Below are positions 13,062 to 20,823 of a stretch of 41,011 bases of DNA, one piece after another. The stretch's first letter is position 1. Each line of letters opens with the position of its first letter. A model generated the notes under the pieces. The model ran no database searches, was not told the DNA's origin, and saw only the letters and a list, made by a program, of their open reading frames with translations. The stretch is from contig URWP01000001.1 of NCBI GenBank assembly GCA_900551645.1, forward strand, positions 1-41,011, given 5' to 3'. The translations under genes were made by a program, and so were the position numbers. This DNA is from an uncultured Bacteroides sp. Lineage in GTDB: Bacteria; Bacteroidota; Bacteroidia; Bacteroidales; Bacteroidaceae.

Positions 13062-13079
13062 CAGAAAAAAGAGGATAAG

Positions 13080-14387
13080 ATGAAGAAACAGTTAGGAATA
13101 TTGCTTTTGGGGTGTGCGGCTTTTTTTTCCTGCACAAAATCTGATCCGCAGCAACAGTTGGCAGAGACAATATTGAATGATTCGACTTTTCATCAAGTTG
13201 ATAGTATGGCACGTTCTGTCATCGCTCAGGGATTCAATGCAGGTAGCGGTTATTCCCAGATTTGGGCCAGGGATATGAATACCTTCATTGAAGTGGCTTG
13301 TGAGGAAACGAATCAGACGGATATACGGAATGCTATCCTGTTGTTCTTTGCCCTTCAGCAGCCGAATGATGAGATGATAGACGGGTATGTGCTGAAACCG
13401 GATTTTACCTGGTATGATAATCATCCGTATTATGCGGATGCGGCACCAGACCATGTGGGATTCAAGAATACCGTCGAGACCGATCAGGAATCTTCCCTGA
13501 TTCAGATTGTGGGAAAGTACATCCGTAAGACCGGCGATGCTTCGATTTTACAGGAAAGTGTGGCCGGAAGAACCGTATTGGAACGGATGGATGATATGGT
13601 AGATTATCTGATGCGGGAACGTTATAGCGAGCAGTATGGTTTATTGTTCGGTGCCATGACTGCCGATTGGGGAGATGTACAGCCGAATGATGATTTTGGT
13701 TGTGACATGAACGAACTCTCTTCACGGGCTATTGATGTGTATGATAATGCCATGTTCCTGATCGCTTTGGATTATTTGCAGGAAATGACAGACGATGCCT
13801 CGTTACTGAAGAAGTGGAAAGGCATCCGTGAACAGATTGCCCAAAACGTACGAAAGCACTTGTGGGATGCCGAACGAAAGAAGTTTATACCTCATCTGTA
13901 TATAGATCCGTCTCCGATTCCTGCCGGATTCGATGAGAATCAGATTCATTATCATGGAGGAACTGCCGTTGCCATTGAAGCAGGCTTGTTATCGAAGGAA
14001 GAAATTGCCTTGGTCAATGCCCAGATGCTTGAGAACGTCCGTTTGTCGGGTATGCCAAGTATCGGATTAACTCTTTATCCGACTTATCCGGAAGGCTTTT
14101 TCCGGGGAGGGATGGCTAAACCCTATGTTTACCAGAACGGTGGAGACTGGATCTGGTTCGGAGGGCGTATGATTCAGCAGTTGGTTGCGAATGGTTTTAT
14201 AGAAGAAGCCTACGATGAAATCCGTCCGATGATTGACCGGGTCATCAAGAACCAGGGCTTTTTTGAATGGTATGGTATGGGAGGCGTTCCCAGCGGTTCA
14301 GGACATTTCAAAGGCTCTGCCGGAGTATTGGCTAAAGCGATTGAGATGATGAATGATTGGGCAGAAGAAAAAATAGATAACAAATAA
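13080..14387 (+). CDS. Lipoprotein, six-hairpin (alpha/alpha)6 glycosidase-like protein of uncertain family
   Basis: Lipobox AFFSC after ATG 13080. IWARD, TADWGD, DVYDNAMF and YQNGGDW motifs resemble amylo-alpha-1,6-glucosidase/GH100/GH63-type barrels. Confidence 0.7.
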   Translation: MKKQLGILLLGCAAFFSCTKSDPQQQLAETILNDSTFHQVDSMARSVIAQGFNAGSGYSQIWARDMNTFIEVACEETNQTDIRNAILLFFALQQPNDEMIDGYVLKPDFTWYDNHPYYADAAPDHVGFKNTVETDQESSLIQIVGKYIRKTGDASILQESVAGRTVLERMDDMVDYLMRERYSEQYGLLFGAMTADWGDVQPNDDFGCDMNELSSRAIDVYDNAMFLIALDYLQEMTDDASLLKKWKGIREQIAQNVRKHLWDAERKKFIPHLYIDPSPIPAGFDENQIHYHGGTAVAIEAGLLSKEEIALVNAQMLENVRLSGMPSIGLTLYPTYPEGFFRGGMAKPYVYQNGGDWIWFGGRMIQQLVANGFIEEAYDEIRPMIDRVIKNQGFFEWYGMGGVPSGSGHFKGSAGVLAKAIEMMNDWAEEKIDNK

Positions 14388-14400
14388 AAAAGATATAATC

Positions 14401-16152
14401 ATGCGAAAGAGCAATTATGACAAGCAGCCGGCTACTCGAATAGCCGGTCAGTTATGGAAAGGATGGCAGGCCGTACGGGATGAAATAAACCGTCGCTGTG
14501 CATCGTTGGTTGGTAAGAAGTCGGTAGTCGTTGTCGTGGAATGTTATCAGGGAGTTCATCATGAAGAACTGACACGGGAACTGTCTGCCTTAAATCCTTC
14601 TTTATGGGTGGATACACAGTCTGTATTCAAATCTGTGAAGGAGATAGAAACCATGACTTATCCTTATGTAACGGACGACCGTTTGTTCGGATACCGGGCG
14701 CATTTTACCTATGCTGATTTCCTGGATGCTTCTAAAGTAGCGGATGTGCGTCAGCAAATCAATCAGGCAACAGGTTTGGTTTTGGTTTATGGCCATGGAG
14801 CTGCCGTTGTAGCACCCGAATCGGATATCCTGGTATATGTGGATATGGCCCGTTGGGAAATACAGCTTCGCTTCCGTCGTCATGAAATCAATGGCTTGGG
14901 CGTAGAGGATAAGGCAGAAGGAGCTTCATATCATTATAAGAGAGGTTATTTCGTAGACTGGATTGTTTGTGATACGTTGAAGAAACAATTGCTGCCGAAG
15001 GTAGATTATTGGTTGGATACACACATGCCGGAACAACCTAAAATGATTACAGGAGAAACGATGTTGGCAGGTTTGGTTAAGACTGCGCATCAGCCGTTCC
15101 GTGTAGTTCCGTTCTTTGATCCAGCTCCGTGGGGCGGACAATGGATGAAACGGGTTTGTGGATTGGATCCGGAACCGGCTAATTACGGTTGGTGTTTCGA
15201 CTGTGTACCCGAAGAAAACAGTTTGTATCTGAATGTAGAAGGAGAATTGTTTGAGATGCCTTCCAATAATGTGGTCTTCCATCAGACCCGCGCGTTGCTG
15301 GGTGGTCCGGTAGAATCTCGTTTCGGACAGGATTTCCCGATTCGTTTTGACTTCCTGGATACAATTGGTGGTGGAAACCTGAGTTTGCAGGTTCATCCTA
15401 CGACACAATACATTCGTGATACGTTTGGTATCTATTATACACAGGATGAAAGTTACTACCTGTTGGATGCGGAAGAAGGAGCTACGGTATTTTTAGGATT
15501 AAAGACTGGTGTAAATCCGGAGGAAATGATCGGAGCCCTGCAGGAGTCGCAGAATACCGGAAAACCTTTTGAGGCAGAAAAGTATGTGAACCGCTGGCCG
15601 GCCAAGAAGCACGATCATTTCCTGATTCCGAATGGAACGATCCATTGTTCCGGGGCCGGAGCCATGGTCTTGGAGATCAGTGCTACACCAAGTATATTTA
15701 CCTTCAAGTTGTGGGATTGGGGACGTTTTGGACTGGACGGTCTTCCTCGTCCGATTAATATTGGTCATGGCTCACATGTTATCCAGTGGGAACGTCAGAC
15801 AGAATTTACCCGTGACAATTTGGTAAACCAGGTTAAACCAGTTGCCGAAGGAGACGGCTGGCGGGAAGAAAGAACAGGATTGCACGAAAATGAATTCATC
15901 GAAACCCGTCGTCATTGGTTTACCAAACCGGTCACTCATCATACCGATGATGGTGTGAATGTCTTTAATGTAGTAGAAGGTGATGAACTGATCGTGGAAA
16001 GTCCGACGAATGCCTTTGAGCCGTTTGTCGTTCATTATGCGGAAACCTTTATCGTTCCGGCATCGGTAGGAGAATATACCATCCGTCCGTATGGAACTTC
16101 GGAAGGGAAGGAATGTGGAACTATCAAAGCGTATGTACGTTTCAGACAATAA
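14401..16152 (+). CDS. Long-form class I mannose-6-phosphate isomerase-like cupin protein
   Basis: PWGG, LSLQVHP, QDESYY and GTIH..GAG..VLEI motifs of type I PMI, preceded by about 230 extra N-terminal residues. Confidence 0.85.
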   Translation: MRKSNYDKQPATRIAGQLWKGWQAVRDEINRRCASLVGKKSVVVVVECYQGVHHEELTRELSALNPSLWVDTQSVFKSVKEIETMTYPYVTDDRLFGYRAHFTYADFLDASKVADVRQQINQATGLVLVYGHGAAVVAPESDILVYVDMARWEIQLRFRRHEINGLGVEDKAEGASYHYKRGYFVDWIVCDTLKKQLLPKVDYWLDTHMPEQPKMITGETMLAGLVKTAHQPFRVVPFFDPAPWGGQWMKRVCGLDPEPANYGWCFDCVPEENSLYLNVEGELFEMPSNNVVFHQTRALLGGPVESRFGQDFPIRFDFLDTIGGGNLSLQVHPTTQYIRDTFGIYYTQDESYYLLDAEEGATVFLGLKTGVNPEEMIGALQESQNTGKPFEAEKYVNRWPAKKHDHFLIPNGTIHCSGAGAMVLEISATPSIFTFKLWDWGRFGLDGLPRPINIGHGSHVIQWERQTEFTRDNLVNQVKPVAEGDGWREERTGLHENEFIETRRHWFTKPVTHHTDDGVNVFNVVEGDELIVESPTNAFEPFVVHYAETFIVPASVGEYTIRPYGTSEGKECGTIKAYVRFRQ

Positions 16153-16157
16153 AGGCC

Positions 16158-17252
16158 ATGAAGACAGAAAATCGTATCGTGATGACACTGGATGCCGGAG
16201 GAACCAATCTGGTATTTTCCGCAATCCGTAACAATGAAGAGATAGTAACGCCCGTACATCTGCGTTCGGAAGTGAATGATTTGGATGCTTGCTTACGAGT
16301 TTTATTGCAGGGATTTAGTCAAGTAAAAGAAGCATTGACGGAAGAACCTGTGGCTATCAGTTTTGCTTTTCCCGGACCGGCCGATTATGAAGCAGGGATT
16401 ATTGGAGATTTACCCAATTTCCCTTCTTTCCGGGGTGGTGTAGCTTTAGGTCCGTTCTTGCAGGAGCATTTCGGAATTCCTGTATTCATCAACAATGACG
16501 GTAGTCTGTTCGCTTATGGAGAAGCGCTTACCGGTGTTTTGCCCGATGTGAACCGTCAGTTGAAGGAAGCAGGTAGTTGTAAACAATATCATAACCTGTT
16601 GGGAATTACATTAGGTACCGGATTCGGTGCCGGGGTTGTTATCAACAATGAACTGTTGATAGGAGATAATGGTACCGGTGGTGATGTCTGGTGTTTCCGT
16701 AATAAAAAATATCCGGATTATATTGTTGAGGAAAGTGTGAGTATCCGGGCGGTTAAACGGGTATATCAGGAACATTCGGGTGATACTAGTGATTTAACTC
16801 CTAAAGATATATTCGATATCGCTGAAGGCTGTCGTCCGGGTAACCGGCAGGCCGCAATAACAGCCTTTGAAGAACTGGGTGAAATGGCTGGCGAGGCCAT
16901 TGCTTCTGCCGTTACATTGATTGACGGATTAGTAGTGATAGGAGGCGGTTTGTCCGGTGCTTCGAAGTATATTCTTCCGGCATTGATGCGGGAATTGTCG
17001 GGTACAACAGGTATGATGAACGGTAATCGGTTTGCCCGCTTGCAGATGAAGCCTTTTAATCTGGAGAATCTGGATGAATTACGGGAATTCCTGAAAGGGC
17101 AAGTTACTCAGGTGCAAGTACCGGGAACGGACCGCTGGGTGGATTATGATCCTTATAAGCGTATTGGTGTGGCGATTTCCAAACAAGGAGCAAGCCGTTC
17201 CATTGCTTTAGGTGCTTATCAATATGCTTTAGCGAAATTGGATAAAGAATGA
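16158..17252 (+). CDS. ROK-family sugar kinase
   Basis: TLDAGGTN phosphate loop, AFPGP, INNDG, TLGTGFGAG and VIGGG. No HTH. Start set at ATG 16158. Confidence 0.9.
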   Translation: MKTENRIVMTLDAGGTNLVFSAIRNNEEIVTPVHLRSEVNDLDACLRVLLQGFSQVKEALTEEPVAISFAFPGPADYEAGIIGDLPNFPSFRGGVALGPFLQEHFGIPVFINNDGSLFAYGEALTGVLPDVNRQLKEAGSCKQYHNLLGITLGTGFGAGVVINNELLIGDNGTGGDVWCFRNKKYPDYIVEESVSIRAVKRVYQEHSGDTSDLTPKDIFDIAEGCRPGNRQAAITAFEELGEMAGEAIASAVTLIDGLVVIGGGLSGASKYILPALMRELSGTTGMMNGNRFARLQMKPFNLENLDELREFLKGQVTQVQVPGTDRWVDYDPYKRIGVAISKQGASRSIALGAYQYALAKLDKE

Positions 17253-17274
17253 TTGGAATGTTAACAGAAAATCT

Positions 17275-19635
17275 ATGTCTATGAAATCGATTTATTATTC
17301 TATATTGATTGCGTGTTCATTTGTTTTGCAGTCTTGTATTTCTACTTCTTCCGAGAAGAGAGAACAGGAGTCGCTGACACAATATGTAGAACCGCGTATC
17401 GGAACCGCACATTGCCGATGGTTTCATTTTGCTCCGGGTGCCATGCCGTTTGGAATGGCTAAACCAGGACCTTCGACGAATGGGCATTTGGGAAATGCTT
17501 CAGGTTGGGAGGCTACGGGTTATGATTATCGGGAAAATTCGATTGAAGGTTTTCCTTGTTTACACGAATTTCAGGTTGGGGGAATTGTGTTGATGCCTAC
17601 TACCGGAAAACTGATAACTGTTCCTGGCTTACCCACCGATAGTATAAAAACCGGATATCGCTCGCATTTTGATCGGGCGAACGAAGTGGCTACGGCGGGT
17701 TATTATTCAGTATTGTTGGACGATTATCAGATACGGGCAGAAGTAACCGCTACTCCACGTGTGGCTTATCAGCGTTTTCATTTTCCGAAAGGAGCAGAAA
17801 ACCATCTTTTGTTTGATATTGGAAATCGTCAGGGAGAAAGTGGTGCCGTAGCAGATGCTTTTGTCTCTTATACAGAAGACGGACGGGTAGAAGGTTGGGT
17901 GATTACCCTGCCGGAATATGTCAAGAAGTACCAGCCGGGAGCGCAAGTTCCTTTATATTTCTCGGCCGTATTGGATAAACAGCCATCATCGTTTGGTACG
18001 TTCCAGGGAGAGAAGCAACAACCGGGAGCAAGAGAACTCAAAGGGATTGGTGCCGGTGTTTACTTGACTTATGATTTCCCGGAGGCTGATTCTGTAACAG
18101 CTAAGATAGGTTTGTCTTATACATCTGTAGAGAATGCCCGCTTGAATTTAGAGGCTGAGGCAAAAGATCTTTCCTTTGATGAGGCAAAAGAACAAGCACA
18201 TCGGACTTGGGAAGAATACTTAGGACGTATCCGGGTGGAGACTTCTAAGCAAGAAGATAAGGTGAAGTTCTATACAGGTCTGTATCATGCGTTGTTGGGA
18301 CGTGGATTGGCGAACGATGTCAATGGTGCTTATCCGAAAAATGATGGTTCGATAGGACAATTGGAGATGAAGGATGGCAAGCCGGTTCATAACATCTATA
18401 ATACAGATGCTGCCTGGGGAGCTCAGTGGAATCTTTCTCAGCTTTGGATTATGGCTTATCCGGAATATATTTCCGATTATATCAGCAGTCATCTGCAAGC
18501 CTACCAGGATGCCGGATGGCTGGCAGATGGATTGGCGAATAACCGTTATGTATCTGGAGTAGGAACGAATCTGCTGCCGACGATTATTGCCGGTGCTTAC
18601 GAGTGTGGTATTCGTGACTTTGATACGAAGTTAGCTTATGAAGCTTGTCTGAAAAATGAACTGGATGGTGAGAACCGTCCTTTTGGAGCAGGTAAGGTTA
18701 ATACGAAAGAGTTTGTAAAATATGGTTATGTACCTCATGCCGATGAAGGAGAAGGGTATCATGAAACTTTCATGTTCTCGGCTTCTCATACGTTGGAATA
18801 TTCGTACAGTTCCTGGGCTGTGGCTCAATGGGCTAAACAGGTAGGAGATTCTGCCCATTATAATCAGTTGATGCACTTGTCCAAAGGATGGGAGCGTCTG
18901 TATGATCCATCAACCAACTTTATCCGTCCGAAGAAAGAAGATGGACAATTTGTCGATAATTTCAATCCGATGCAGGTATGGCGTGGTTTTCAGGAAGGGA
19001 ATGCCTGGCAGTATACGTTCTATGTACCGCATGATGTAAAAGGACTGGTTGGTAAAGTTGGTGCCGATGTTTTCAATGCCCGTCTTGACAGTATCTTTAC
19101 GGTTTCGCAGAAGATGATTTTCAGCGGTGGAACAGAAGTGGGAGCTTTTGCCGGTTTGCAGACATTGTACAATCAGGGCAACCAGCCTTGCCTTCATATT
19201 TCATGGTTATTCAATGAAGCTGGCCGTCCTTCGCTCACACAGAAATGGGTACGTGCTATCCTGAATGAGTTCTACGGAACGGACGGAATCCACGGATATG
19301 GATATGGACAGGATGAAGACCAAGGACAGTTGGGGGCATGGTATGTAATTTCTTCAATGGGACTTTTTGATGTCAAAGGACTTACAGATTCGAAGCCTTC
19401 ATTCGGCTTGGGTGCTCCTTTATTTGATAAAATTACAATTCAGCTGAATCCGAAATATTATTCCGGAAAAGAGTTTGTTATTCAAGTAAAAGGTAATATG
19501 CCGGAGAATGGTTATGTTCAGCAATACTTGTTGAATGGGAAATCTTTGCATGAACCAAGTCTGCCTTTTGCTGCATTTTCAGAAGGTGGTATTCTGGAAG
19601 TAGAAATGGGTACTCAGCCCAAAGATTCATATTAA
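17275..19635 (+). CDS. GH92 alpha-mannosidase (lipoprotein)
   Basis: YVEPRIGT, PGAMPFGM, FYTGLYH, SHTLEYSY, catalytic FQEGNAWQY, GNQP and DEDQGQLGAWY. Lipobox LQSC. Confidence 0.93.
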   Translation: MSMKSIYYSILIACSFVLQSCISTSSEKREQESLTQYVEPRIGTAHCRWFHFAPGAMPFGMAKPGPSTNGHLGNASGWEATGYDYRENSIEGFPCLHEFQVGGIVLMPTTGKLITVPGLPTDSIKTGYRSHFDRANEVATAGYYSVLLDDYQIRAEVTATPRVAYQRFHFPKGAENHLLFDIGNRQGESGAVADAFVSYTEDGRVEGWVITLPEYVKKYQPGAQVPLYFSAVLDKQPSSFGTFQGEKQQPGARELKGIGAGVYLTYDFPEADSVTAKIGLSYTSVENARLNLEAEAKDLSFDEAKEQAHRTWEEYLGRIRVETSKQEDKVKFYTGLYHALLGRGLANDVNGAYPKNDGSIGQLEMKDGKPVHNIYNTDAAWGAQWNLSQLWIMAYPEYISDYISSHLQAYQDAGWLADGLANNRYVSGVGTNLLPTIIAGAYECGIRDFDTKLAYEACLKNELDGENRPFGAGKVNTKEFVKYGYVPHADEGEGYHETFMFSASHTLEYSYSSWAVAQWAKQVGDSAHYNQLMHLSKGWERLYDPSTNFIRPKKEDGQFVDNFNPMQVWRGFQEGNAWQYTFYVPHDVKGLVGKVGADVFNARLDSIFTVSQKMIFSGGTEVGAFAGLQTLYNQGNQPCLHISWLFNEAGRPSLTQKWVRAILNEFYGTDGIHGYGYGQDEDQGQLGAWYVISSMGLFDVKGLTDSKPSFGLGAPLFDKITIQLNPKYYSGKEFVIQVKGNMPENGYVQQYLLNGKSLHEPSLPFAAFSEGGILEVEMGTQPKDSY

Positions 19636-19645
19636 ATTGTCTGTT

Positions 19646-20806
19646 ATGAAGCAATCGGATATAAAGTTCGCTATCTTGCCCATCCTGTTCGGATTTTTTG
19701 TGATGGGATTTGTAGATGTTGTTGGTATTTCGACGAACTATGTCAAGCATGATTTCGGCTTGTCGGATACATTGGCCAATCTGATACCGATGATGGTATT
19801 CTTATGGTTTGCTGTCTTTTCAATTCCTGCTGGTATGTTGATGGGACGGATTGGTCGGCGAAATACGGTAGCGGTTTCGTTGGGTATTACTATTGTGGCG
19901 ATGTTGTTACCCTTGTTTTTCTATGATTTTACTAGTGTTTTACTGGCTTTTGCCTTATTGGGAATTGGGAATACCATTCTGCAGGTCTCTTTGAATCCGA
20001 TGGTGGCCAGTGTTGTGTCTCCTGGAAAAGTAACCAGTGTCTTGACCTTGGGACAGTTTTTGAAAGCGGTTTCTTCCTTCTTAGGTCCACTGATTGCAGG
20101 AGCTGCAGCTTCTTTTTGGGGCGATTGGAAATTGATATTTGCCGTTTATGCTGCAACAACATTGTTGTCTCTTGTCTGGCTGCTGGTAGGAGTACATGAA
20201 GAAGGAAAGAAAACAGTACAGACATCTACCTTTGCTACGGTATGCTCTCTGTTTAAGGATCGTTATATCGGAATGTTGTTTCTAGGAATTCTTTTCATTG
20301 TCGGAATTGATGTCGGTTTGAATACTACAGTTCCCAAATTGTTGATAGAGAAGACCGGTATGTCAGTCAGTGAAGCAGGACTAGGAAGCAGCCTTTATTT
20401 TTCAGCTCGTACTATTGGTGCATTTATCGGAGCCTTTCTGTTGGCTAGGATTGCGTCCGACCGTTTTATGCAATGTTGTATGGGAATTGCTGTCATCGGT
20501 TTTGTCTTGTTACTGATGGCCGATAGCTTGTTGTGGATTTCTATTCTGGTTGTTATTGTTGGCTTGGCTTGTTCGAACGTATTTTCGATTATCTTTTCGT
20601 ATGCTTTGCAGCATTTGCCGGAACGTGATAACGAAATTTCAGCTCTGATGATTATGGGTGTTTCTGGTGGAGCTTTGATTACTCCGCTGATGGGTGTATT
20701 GTCGGATGCGTTGGGACAGGTAGCAGGGTTGTCCTTGTTACTTTTGTGCCTGCTCTATCTTGGATGGATATCTTTCCGTCTGCAAAAAAGGAAAAAGAAT
20801 GTCTAA
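19646..20806 (+). CDS. MFS sugar transporter (FucP/glucose-galactose permease-like)
   Basis: About 12 hydrophobic helices, with FFVMGFVD, GRIGRR, LQVSLNP and MGVSGGA motifs. Confidence 0.9.
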   Translation: MKQSDIKFAILPILFGFFVMGFVDVVGISTNYVKHDFGLSDTLANLIPMMVFLWFAVFSIPAGMLMGRIGRRNTVAVSLGITIVAMLLPLFFYDFTSVLLAFALLGIGNTILQVSLNPMVASVVSPGKVTSVLTLGQFLKAVSSFLGPLIAGAAASFWGDWKLIFAVYAATTLLSLVWLLVGVHEEGKKTVQTSTFATVCSLFKDRYIGMLFLGILFIVGIDVGLNTTVPKLLIEKTGMSVSEAGLGSSLYFSARTIGAFIGAFLLARIASDRFMQCCMGIAVIGFVLLLMADSLLWISILVVIVGLACSNVFSIIFSYALQHLPERDNEISALMIMGVSGGALITPLMGVLSDALGQVAGLSLLLLCLLYLGWISFRLQKRKKNV

Positions 20807-20823
20807 TCTTAATTCTCAGAACT

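Noticed and set aside
12986..13135. Apparent head-to-head overlap of araC and the glycosidase ORF
   Set aside because: Artefact of longest-ORF starts. ATG 12985 and ATG 13080 leave a normal 94-bp intergenic region.
16158..17252. ROK protein lacking the CxCGxxGCxE zinc motif as a possible inactive gene
   Set aside because: ATP- and sugar-binding motifs are intact and zinc-free ROK kinases are known.
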